Positions 14,242-27,000 of a DNA stretch of 64,000 nt are shown here, one piece after another. The stretch spans positions 35,464,001 to 35,528,000 of the forward strand of contig NC_092346.1 in the NCBI RefSeq assembly GCF_963676685.1, written 5' to 3'. The position numbers were made by a program, and so were the translations under genes. How positions within the stretch are numbered: the stretch's first letter is position 1; the number at the start of each line of letters is the position of its first letter. The notes under the pieces are model-generated. The model did not search any database and had not been told where the DNA came from. It saw only the letters and a program-made list of their open reading frames with translations. Source of the stretch: Mytilus edulis (Eukaryota).

Positions 14242-15032
14242 TTATACACAAAAATCTACATTTGTTTAGACAAAAGATGCTAAAATATTTAGCATGTTTA
14301 GAAAAATAGAAATTGAAAAAAATGCATTTTACTATCATATTTTTCTTCAATTGACACCTTTCAAATTCCTGTTCATTTCATTTAAAAGATCATGATAAAT
14401 GTTTTATGTTTGAAATGACATGAATGATGAATGCAAGCAATGGTAATCTTACCTATATATGCAACAATAAATGGTTTAAGTGTGAGATATGCACAACTGT
14501 AAATAATATAAACACAAATACTAATCAAATCAAACTCGATAAACGTGATCAGGCATGTTGACTTTGTTGTGATTTTTTAATCAGCTTATTAGTGCAATGT
14601 GAAGTAAGATTTATGAATATGCATAAGGTTTACCTAGTGTATGTTAATTATCAAACCTGGTGTTCAATGCAGGACTAGTTACTTATTTCGAAATCATAGC
14701 AACGATTTTTTAAAAAGGAGCTTGGTCAGTAACACGACCGGATGTTTGAATTTTCAATTTTAGGCTATGAATAAAGAAATAAGAATTCTAAACACAACAA
14801 AAGTTACCTTTGAAATGTAATAAATACTAATTCCTTTTCACAAACAAAATATTAAAATATGAATAATTAAATTACAGCATGATAGATTATATTACATAAG
14901 CTTTAATCTAGATACAGGTAATCACAATGGAAATAATAAATCTATCTTTTTATCAAAACTTGCATGAATTAACTTCCGGTTTTATTTTTAGGCCGGTCGG
15001 GCACCTGTCCGAGCTCCCTGTCCTTCTTAGGG

Positions 15033-18000
15033 ATGACGACTATTCGTCCGTTTACTTGTGACGACTTATTTAGATTTAATAATGTGTAAGTATAGGCTTT
15101 ACAATGGTAACCAGTTCTGTCAGTGTCACTTTATCCTTTTTAATGTGTTTGACTTTTTTTTTTATTATTTATCATGTAAATATGATAATTTATCTAAATG
15201 TGAAATAAAATATATGATATAAATCTCAAGGGATTGTTTAGAGGATCATACGACATTTAACTGTCAATGGCGTTCTCTATCCTATATATATGACAAAAAA
15301 GTTACAGCTAATGGAATCTTGGTCTGTTCGCCCTGGCAGACAAATCTGGGTCCGTTCGTGCCCATTCACGTTCGCACCCACTCATATTCGCCCCCTTTCA
15401 CTTTCGCACCCTACAGCACCCAAAGTCCGTTCGCGCCCAATTTTAATTTGTTTTGTGTTTAATAACTTTGTAATCAACATGATCAAGTTTTGGCAAGTGT
15501 ATTCTTGTAAGTATAATTGTTGTCATAGTCTCAAACTGATAAAGTGAAACAGCATTTTTTTTGGTGTTGAATGAATCTTCATCATGTTTTGGATATGTAT
15601 TGTTAAAAAAAAATAATAATCCTTTCTAAATAAAGTGGGATTCTGTCAACGCTTTATTTTGTGTTGAATAACTGTTAGTTAATCATGTTTTGGTCAGTGT
15701 ATTTCTATAACTTTGTTGCATTGACTTGTTTCAAAATAAAGTGAGATTCTGTCTGTGTGTTGAAAAATTTTTATCATGTTTTGGTTATAATATTTCTATA
15801 TTTTGTTGTTTCATTGTTTCAGATCAAAGGGACCAAGCAGTTAAAAACAATTATCTTTTGTGTTATTCATTTAAAATCTTCAATGTTTTACTCATACCAA
15901 GCTATAAATACATTCAGTATTTACACCAAAGCAATTTAAAACAAATATCATGATTTTCCAATTATTCAACTGGAATTTGAATTAAAATTGGGCGCGAATG
16001 TGTAGAGTGCGAACGGACCTTGGGTGCAACGTGCGAGATGCGAAAGTGTATTGGGCGCGAACGGACCTGATACCCTGGCAGACATGTTTGCCCATTCCAT
16101 GCATTCACGTTTCCACCTCTAATTTTAGGAGTGTGGTAATTGGAATACTTTCTCATGAAAACAAATAATAAATTTATTGCCAAATGATGTAAACAGTATG
16201 TTTTGGTGATAATTAAATGTGCACTTTCTTTTAGATGATAAGAAATCGCTTAATTTTGATAAATCTTGTAAAAAAAATTCCAAAAATAACGGTAGAGATA
16301 ATTATTTGAGATGAATCACAATTTAATAGGATGTTTTGACAAATCACAGTAAAATTTTAACCAATTTGACGCTAACGATAGGTGAAAATGACTGTTTGCA
16401 TCTGACGGTAAAGGGAACTACTACAAATGTACCCTCATTCAGTGTACTTGGTGTAGTGATGTAGTAATTTCAGCATCCTTATTTTATAATAGTATGTTGA
16501 TTATATCTTTTTTCAGTATTTCTACAGCAAACAATTAAAAAATAGAAGGGTTTGCCCAGAAATATTGACCTGTTCTGATTTTTAGGGATTTTTTAGAGAC
16601 CCCCAAAATGAGGGATATTTTGTAAAGTTTCCTCTGTTTATATTTCTAAGGAATAATAAATATATTTTGTTTTTTGTTTGTTCAGATTGATTAAGTAGGT
16701 AGTATTTTTAAATGATACTACACCTGCTAAATGCTTGAAATGTTTTGTTCCATTCGATATTCAACATGTTCAACAAACAGTTCTAATAAAATCGATAATG
16801 GATGCTACAAATTAGATTGAAAGGATTAAATTTTGATATTATTTTGCAGGAATTTAGATCCACTGACAGAAACTGTATCCTTCATACCAAGAACAGAATG
16901 AAATTGATATGCCTCTTCTGTGTTTTTAAACCCCCAAAAATGTTGTACTAAACATTCTCACACCACATCTTCCTATACAATGTATCTATGTATGCATGTA
17001 GCTTCAGAAATAAAGAGAAAATAGGAGCTTTTCTCCTAATTTGAAGAGATTGAAGTTACATATGATTCAATTATGTTGTATTAAAATACAATTATTGATG
17101 GACATGAACATTGCCTTGCCTTGGACACAGACCTTGAGGAGAACCATTCAGACCAAAATAAACTGGGACATTTACTGCAATTGCAATATAACTTTCTTTT
17201 CAAATTTGAAACAGTATAGTATTGTCTATATGCTTAACTCACAGTATATTTGTACACCAAGGACCTGTATTAAATACTCAATGCCTAGACATACAATAGA
17301 GGTTTAGAAAGGTTCTTATTTGGTACATGTAATAAATTGTTCTGACCTACATGTGACTATGATGATTTTGTAGTTTATATACATTTTGTACACTTCAAAA
17401 TTGTACAAAGAATCTAAAATAACACATCTACAAAACTTTATATTTTTATATAACTAATTAATTGTATCCAGATCTTTATTCGAAAAGGCATTTAGTTGAA
17501 TATAACCATCATAGTCCTTACATGTAATTGGCACAAATGTACGTATAAGTAAAATTTTACCTTTCTTTTATTCAAGACATACACATATATTTCAAGTTAA
17601 TGTAATAATGGTCATTACTGTCATGACTGTAAAACAAAAGCTTTTTCCTGTAATTGTAATCAACGCAACAGTAAAAAAAATACTTCTTTGATCACTGACC
17701 AGAATGATTGAATGGTAAGGTTATTAAGTAAAGTCCAGATATGGGAACTGAAGTTTATGTTGTCACTGAGTTGTTACTATTTATCTAGATTTGTTTTTAT
17801 TCCTTGACACTCTCAGTATGGCTTACCATTTTACATGCAGTACCTTGCTCACTGGCCAGAGTACTTCCAAGTTGCTGAATCGCCGGCTGGACAAATTATG
17901 GGATATAGTAAGTACATTTTCTCATAATTTGCCCATTGGTAAGAGTATTTCTAATTATCTTACCTCCTATACATTTCCAGGAATATGATTGGTTAAAAGC

Positions 18001-21000
18001 GTCCGTGTGCAAACCGTGTATATTTGATATTAGGTTAGTAGGGAGGCGGGGTTTATCTCATACACGGTTAGTAGTGGAGTTACGTCCCTTTATATTCCTT
18101 ATTTGGTAAGAAGGGGGCGGGCCTTATTTAATACACGGTTAGTAATGGTGTTATGTCCCTTTGTAAAAAACAAAACGGTTCTGAGAAAAAATCTTAAAAG
18201 TTCCAACAGACGAAGAAATTGATGATTCAGATTGAAACAAATTCATAAAACACATTTAAACCTTACAAGTCGTTATTGTTGGCATCTGTTTTTGTAGGAT
18301 TAATGGAAGTATTTTCCTAGCGCTAACAGTATTGAAGACTTGCTCGTTTTGAGAATCACTCTTAATTTCACACGTGAAGATAGTCGGTAAGATAAATTCG
18401 TTACATAGTGTGCTAGTGACGTAATACGGTATATATGGGGTCAGTAAATTCCATATGGGGATTCGAGCTTCGCTCTCACCCCATATGGAATTTACTGACC
18501 CCATATATACCGTATTAGGTCACTAGCACACTATGTAACTAATAGTACAAAGAAACCTGACCTGTTTAAACTGAACTTTCAAGTGACTTAAGATTTTGTT
18601 TCGGTTTGGGCCGATGTTTGGTTTTTATCAGATTCACAACGCATACAATTTGATATGATGGTGCTAAAGAACATGTTGAGTTTAATTTTATACAGGTTTT
18701 CTGTTTATGCAGGATTCAGTTTAGCCAAGTTTCACTGTATTTGAATATCTCAGATACATACAATAATTGGATATAGCAATTTGTCCACAAGTTAATTCAT
18801 GTATACTCAAGTATCTGACCCACTGACCTTGGACTTGGTACACGAATGATATTAACAAGTATCTGAATCTCAGTAGCTGTACAAATAATTGGAATGATAA
18901 GGACATTCACTAGCATGACTAAATCCTTACTCACTGATACGAGTACATGTATAACATTTACAACTGACATAATCTTTGCTAAGACAAAAGATAGGATATA
19001 CTGAGCATATTTATCTACTGGCCAGAGTAAATGCGCAACATTTTTAACTGGCCTAATCCATGATGTTTTTGTGATCTTTCCCAGTTACAAAGAATTATGC
19101 GCATTTATTAATTTAGACATTATGTTAGAAGGGGTAAATGTATTTATAATATTCATGACTTTAAGTCTAAGTTGTATATGTAATAAATATTGCTTCAGTT
19201 AAATTGAAGATCTTGTTAAAATATATTATTTGTTTAATTTCAGTAATGGGTAAAGCTGAGGGGTCAAATGATTTATGGCATGGTCATGTGACTGCGTTAT
19301 CAGTGGCACCAGAATATAGACGTCTTGGTCTGGCAGCAAAATTGATGAATATTTTAGAGGAAATTTCAGAAAAGTAAGTAGAACTTCATGTGTTTTCCTT
19401 AGTTGAGACACCAGAGTTAAAATCTAGATGAGAAAAACTATGAGTGACATTTGAAAGTAAAAATGCTATGATTCAAATACTGTGGATTCATCTATTTTTG
19501 TGGGTAATAATTATTCTTTCATTGAGGACAACTGGAATTTTAGAACGTGGATATTTATATTTAATTTCATGGCTTTGCAAAAGTCTGCATAATATTTTTT
19601 AATCTGTTGAACATTTATATTCGTGGTTCACCTGTACCTACAAAATCCATGAAAATGTGTCCTATGAATAATAATGTAATATTTGGCAGTAAAGGGAGCT
19701 AACTTACAGTAAACTTTATGTAAATTTTCAGAAAAAGATGTTTCTTTGTGGATTTATTTGTAAGAGTTTCCAACAAAGTTGCTGTAGACATGTACAATAA
19801 GCTAGGATATACGGTGTATAGAACAGTACTGGAATATTACTCTGGAGAAGTGGACGAAGATGCTTATGGTAAGAAGTTGTTCTTTAGTATTGCTCAATAT
19901 TCATGTATTTACATGTGTTCCTAATTTATATATTAGGAACCTTGGTGGTAGACTGGTATAAGTAGTCAAACTACTCTATCACAAGCCAGTCAACACTGAG
20001 GTTGTCAGTTTGAATCCAGCACAGGGTAGGTACACTAGACAGCAATATTTATTGACTATGATAGTCAGTTTTCCTTCTGCAGTTTGGTGGTTTTCAGAAG
20101 GCACTACTACTTCCCCACCAATAAAAACTTAACACCACGAAATTGCAAAATAGTGTTGAAAGTGGCGTTTAACACCAGTCAATCAATCAATCCTGTTTAT
20201 AAGTGTACATAATTTGTAGGCAAAGATTAAAATATGTGTGGTTAAAATAATATGAAACCAAGGACTATGTGATGTTGCTGTCTGAGGAGAGGCCTTTCAT
20301 GTATACATGGTAGTGTGCTAGAAAATTTTAGATATCTCAACACGACTCTTACTCTTTTTATACCAAATTATTGTGCTCCCTGAAAAAATTTCAGAAGCAT
20401 ATTATAGTCATTGCTCTCCCCCTTTTTCTGGGTGTAAGAAACAAAAGGTTTTGGGATGAAAATTTCCTTAATTTGCTTGATAGTAACGAAATTATTTGTG
20501 TAGCAGAAATGTAGGGAAGGGGAAGAACTCTAATTACTTCGTCAGTTATGGTCACTTTTGTAAAATTAGAAAAACAACGATTTTGTTTTAGGATGGTAAC
20601 TTAAGTGTCCTTTTTTGTTTGATAATAAAACTTGTATATATTGAAAATATACAGAGGGGGTAGAATTCTACTGATTTTCAGGTTCAAAGGTCAAGGTCAT
20701 GGCTGCTAAAAATTTACTGAAAATAAAGAAAAATAAATTGTAATCTAATTTTTATATGTGGTGTTATGTGTAACTTTTCTTATTAAATTCATACATTGTT
20801 TTATTGCATTTTTTATTTTTTGATATAGATGTAATTAGTTTTATGAGGCAAACAACAAAATTTTAATTTTTTCATAAACATGATAAAATATACATGATAT
20901 CTAGATAAATCATCAGGAAATAGAATTTTGATGTTTATTTCAGGTATAAATCTTGTTAGTTCTTTATCTGAAGAACATACACAAAGATTTTATTATGTAA

Positions 21001-24000
21001 AATGTACCTGATTTTATATCTGTTGAAGATATGCATTTTGGTATTGAGTTATCTCTCTTGAATCAGATCACTTTTAAAAACTAAAATGAGCTAATGGCTC
21101 TTCAATGGTAAAAGTGTTAAAAGGAGATTATATGGACTTTTGTGGAGGAATGGGGTATGGATTAATAAGTTTTGATACTCAGAGTGTTTATTCTAGTCTT
21201 TTTTGGATGAGATTGGAATTTGAGTTTCAGTTAGTGAAAAAAATTTCCACTCTGATCTGTCTCAAACATTTACTTAGAATGTATAGAGGAAAATGTGCAA
21301 ACTAAAAGTTGAAGGACCTTTTTTCTAAAAGGGGTTTTATAATAAAAACTACAATTCCATCCCAGATTATTATTGTGCATAACAAAGAATAAACATTAAT
21401 CATTTATTATCTGCAAACTCAGTGATTTGCTGCCTTTACTCTTCAGAGTTGAAAAAGAAATGAATTACTTTACTAATTGCTATCATAATTAGAAATTGGT
21501 ACATTTGTACTGTGAAAGTACTTTTATTCGTGGGGAGCCAATTTTCGGGGTTTTCGAGGGATGACTTTATCCACAAATTAAAGTGGCCAATGAAATAAAA
21601 CAACTGTTGTCTTAATCAGTACATGGAAAGGTCCCCATGTAGGTTTGACTTCTGAAATGATCTAGAGAATATATTGAATATTGCTAAATCTGAGAATACT
21701 ATAATAGTAGTCACATGGCAAATGAACTATGAACTACAACTGCAGGTAGGATTATACACATTTAATCTTTGAAAACATAAACTACAACTTTTGATCTTTT
21801 CATTCTCGTAAAAAATATTTTTGATGAAAGTCAGATTTCCGATAATGATTTGCTATGATAAAGTTATCATTTATTAATATCCTCATAATTCTAGTACAAT
21901 GTTGCTGAACCACGAAAATTGATACCCATGAATTTAATAACTTTCACAGTACAAAAAACTGTACATGTATGTGCATGTTGAAAACGCATCAACATCTTTC
22001 TTTTACTGGAAGTTTTGAGATTTAAACCCCTATTTCAATATTTACAATAAAATGTATACCTAAACTCTTATGTGGGTTATTTTTCAGATCTTGTTCCTCC
22101 CTCAATATTCTGTTTGTCCAAAACATAATTTTGTCTAACTTTTTTCTCAATAACTACTGCTATACAGAATGATTTCATATTTGGTCAGTAACTAAATATT
22201 GATGAGTTGTAAATGGTGGTAATGTATGAATGCTTATCAAATCTGTCAGATACCTACTTTTGGTTTACCAATGCAGTGAATTTTTCAGAAACTATTATAA
22301 ACAAAATAATTTAATGTTTGGTCAGCTATTTGACAGTAATGGGTTCTATGTATGATTGCTTTCTAGATCTTTCAGATAACTGATTCCAGTTTTCAAATAC
22401 ATTAGAGTTACATTTGTATATTTTGGGATATGGGTAGCAATACAATGCTTGCAATTTCTTTTCCTAAATCTGCAGAACTCAGAAATTTTGGCAGTTTGTA
22501 CTGCATTTAATAAATGCACTCTATTATAAGATTAATCATCAGTATTGAATATGGAAGTAAAAAATAATGTTAATATTGCATTGATATCTGAAACACTAAA
22601 CATATGCAGAATTTCAGGAAGATAGATTGTTGACTTTCTGTATTCTCCCCAAATATATTGGAATATAGAATAAAAATATCAGATCATACATTTAGATTTA
22701 TTACCAGTAATGTTTTTAATGATTTTTCAGTGTTCATTTATTGCTACTGTACAAGCGTCTGTAAAATACAAGTACAGCTGGCTTTATAACGCTACACTTG
22801 TTTACCCTCTCAAATTAAAACACTTTACTGCCTGAGTAGAACTGATTTTAGTTCTTCTTCAGTGTTCTTGTAATAATTACCAACCGTCATAAAGTTACAT
22901 AATATCATAACAATTTTATTGAAGAGTTGTGCAGTAAATTACACAGTTTATGACTTGGCATAATAGTTATTCCCCTTGAAACTTCTATTGGAACATTTGC
23001 CAAGAGACATATTATTTTCCCCAATAATTTCCAACAGCGGCTGATTATGATACAAGCCAGACATCTATACAATCATTATAATAAAGGCGAAAAATTGAAA
23101 AGAAAAAAACTCATAAAGCTATTATTCTGTTGTAAGACATTGATTAATATCTGGTTGGGTTCCAATATTTTCTGACAAAAGTCCAAACGTTTTTCTGCGA
23201 ATGATTAATGTAAACAGCTGTGGTGTTTCTCAGGGATTAAGTTTGTTAATTAATCTTGGTATGATTCTGACATACTGACCTGCTGCCTGACACTGCTAGA
23301 TAACAAAGATGCGCAAAGTGTTGATATGATTTGTTGAAAACTTTCACCTGAAGATTTCTGTTATCGTTTCGTATTTATCATATCAGTTGAAAAAGGTGAA
23401 AATGGCAATTGGGGTATCTCTAATTTGTTAAAAGAAAGCAAATTATGCATTCTAAGGTGTTATATATCAGTGTTGTTGATGTCTAGGGGGGAAAAATCGG
23501 TTATCTGTTAGATTTCGTTTTTGTTTGATTGACTTGAAATTAACCTGCAATGAAAGAAGACATATTGCTAACAAAAAATTGTTTGTATCAGATTATAAAC
23601 AAGATTGCAGTTCTAAAGGGAGATAATTCCAAACAAAATATGCACCTTTGTGTAAAAAAATTAATACAAGACATTTGTGGCAAGTCCCAGACCTGTGCTT
23701 ATGGTTGCACTTTGTGAATACAGCTGTTTAAACCACTTCTCTTTTGGAGAGATATTTGATATTTATAGATGTTTTGTTTTGTTGACTTACTGGTTCCCAG
23801 AAAAGATATCCATGCTTCATATCATAGAGACACAACTTTTGAATTTTGCCATAATAAATACAATTGGATAGAGGTCAAATTGAATTCCAAGGAAGAATCA
23901 AAGTAAAGAGAGGGATAGCACAGCATTTTATTATCAACTCTTAGAAGTTTGAGACATAGTAATGTTGAAAAGTGTTGATCCTTGCAAAAAAAGTATTAGC

Positions 24001-27000
24001 TACCCAGTGGCGGATCCGGAGGGGGGATTCTAGGGGTTGGAACCCCCCTTTTTGGGGGACAATCAATGCATTCGAATGTGGACATATAGCTGAACCCCCC
24101 CCCCCCCCCCCTTTATCCTGGGTTGGAAAACCCCTTTTAAAAATGGTTGGATCTGCCCCTGATATCATACCTTTCCCCTATTCTATAATCCCCTCACAGA
24201 CTTACCAGCGTATGTATTTTAAAATGTTTTAAGACGATACTTTCATATTGCAGTGCAATGTACTACAGTTGTCATTGGTCAAACGGCTACAGACTAAAAT
24301 GTACTAACAATAGACTCCAACTTAATTAAATCTAATATCAACGCAATTAGAATGTGGTCCCACAAGATGTAATAATCAGCTGACGATATCTACAAGTGAA
24401 ACATACAAGACAAGAAAATGACACCTAAACTAATTAGTTAAGTGACAAGTTCATTATGTTCTATGCCTAATCCTTCAAATAGTTACAGTAATAGTTGTTT
24501 ATCATGTATGAGGAATAAGTGCAATTTAATTTGTTTGTCTGCTCATTAGCGGGGTTTGTTTATTTGATATACAACAGTGCATCAATTTACATTATTGAAA
24601 ATAAACAGAAAAATTTTGACAGATGAAACTCATCAGATTACAGATGTCTGCACACCTGTTAATTAATAGACAGAAACTGACATTAACTAATTTGCATCAT
24701 ACCAAGATGTAGAAATGGAGATATGGCCGGGTTAAGGTCAATGAGACATACACTCATCAACACATGTTTAACATGTTTATAAATTAGGCAGAAAGTTTTT
24801 CTGTTTGAATTGTTTCACATATTTCATTTTGTTTTTTTCTATAGCTGACTGTACAATAAGGCTTTTTATACCTCCGTTTATGGGACATATTATGGTATAC
24901 TGTTTACGGTCTGTCTGTCCCTCTGTTATACCGGAAGGACGGTCTGTCGTCAACATGCCAGACATTAACTAAAAAAATGCTTTAACCAATTTGCATAAAA
25001 ATGTATTGAATTGTTTAAATTTATTAACGTGAGCTCCCTTTCACTATTATTTATTTTTAGATTTTACGTTTCCGAGTTTGTGATTTTCTCAAAAATGCTT
25101 TGATCAATTCTCATGAAACTTTGGTGAATTGTTTATATCTATTGATGTAAGCTCCCTTTTGATTTTCATAAATTTATAATATGACATTAAGAAGTAATTG
25201 AACTTTATTCTTTGAAATTGTGACGGATGTATCATGCGCTCATGGCGCAGCTGTTTATTCTCAATGTTGAAGGTTGAACAGTGACCTATACATTTGTAAT
25301 TACTTTCATCATGGTCATTTGGTGTCTGAGACAACTATGGAGGATACAGCTACAATTGTTAGTTACCTACTTAAGTCAGTTTGATAGGAATAATTTGTGA
25401 TAGATCAATGATATTTTAAAGGCCTCATTGGCCCATTAGACTAAGTAGTTACTTCTATAATCACTAACCAGTAAACACTCAACAAAGAGGTTGTGAGCAC
25501 TTGAATTTACTCCAATCTTAATTGACTAGGATTGTCAGTTTTCCTATGGAAGGTCAGTGGCTTTCTCCAGTCACTCTTGGCCCCTTCGTCAATAAAAACA
25601 GGGCGCCAAGAAGTAGCTCAAAAACAGTGTTTAAAAGTGGCTTTAAAACACAGAAAATCAAATCAAAAATATTTTGTAAAAAGTTGCATTACTATCAGTT
25701 TGAAGGCTATTTCTGCCTACTAGGTTAATTTTCAAGTGACTTTCAATTTTTAAGCAATTTTCATTGTAAAGTTTTCTGCTTTCATTTGATTAGAGCTTGT
25801 GATCAAGTAATGATATTTTAAATAATGCTGCATTACTACCAGTACAGTCAGTTTGATGACCATTTCAAGGCCCTAACATGAGCCCCCACATAGGGTATGG
25901 TCCAGTGACTGAATATTTGAAATGTAACTATCCATCTTTTTTTCAAATTTTCTGAACAGTTCAAAAGTGAAAAAACTAAAAAGGTAGTCAGGTACAAGTC
26001 GAATGTACAATTCTTGCAGAAATATGCTGTGTGTGCAATATTTTTCAGGCGTTCTAAATTCCAACAACCTATCTCATTTTAAATTTTCTTTTGTGATAGA
26101 AATCTTAGATCAGTTTAAAAGCAGGAAATGATTAAACCATTGAGAAATTGCTTCATCATTGCTTGATACTTTCTAATGATGATGATGATAAAATATTGAA
26201 ATAGAATTCGTTAACGAGAATCAAGTAATTAATGTTGAAATTCAAATTTAATGGTTGGAAATGTACGGTACAAATATGGTCATGCACCTAGGAACTTCTG
26301 CATCTCTTAGAGGACAGACAGTTTAATAGGATACTGGGAGAAAATGTAGGTTTTGTAACTGAAATGAAGAGAAAAGAGGAAGAAAAAATCAAAGGAAGTT
26401 GTAAAAATAAGTTCAAGAAAAACAGGCAAGATATGTACAATGGCCCAAAAAAACACAAGAAAAACAAGTTCACAAAACACAATGAAATGATGGATGAACT
26501 CAAGTGCTGTGAAGGTTTATAGCCTTGCAGCATTAGAGAAAGGAGAATTTGGAAAGGAGACGGGGGGAAAAGGGGAGACAAAAAGAGAAAATAAGGGAGG
26601 TAGAAAGGGGAGTTAACTAAGTAAATGAGGCAGAAGATAATGTGTGTGTGTGTGGGGGGGGGGGGGCTGAAAATGAAATAGGCTATAAAGGAGGTAGAAA
26701 GGAAAACTGAGGCACTGTGGAAATAAGGGTGATAGAAAGGTTGGCAAAAAAAGGGGAATGTGGCAGAAGAAAGGTAGAAAGAAGAAGGGGAAAATGAGGT
26801 AGAAGATATGAGGTTGGGATAAGTGGAAGGGTAAAGTTGTCCGCTCTTACCCTTATTCAGATATTGTTTCATAATATTCTTTAAAGTAGTCAGTTTAATT
26901 GCTTATCTATGAGAACCAGTATAATAATTTTCCTAAATCAATTTCTATTCTCCGTTATTTTGACACATCATGCTTTGTTAATGAAAAACAAAAACATAAA

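Noticed and set aside
19940-20030. Possible tRNA genes at ~19940, ~25420 and ~34768
   Set aside because: No cloverleaf; they are degenerate tRNA-derived SINE heads followed by a shared SINE body.
26288-26872. 194-aa minus-strand ORF
   Set aside because: It is the F/S/L/P-rich translation of a low-complexity purine-rich tract, with no domain or splice support.
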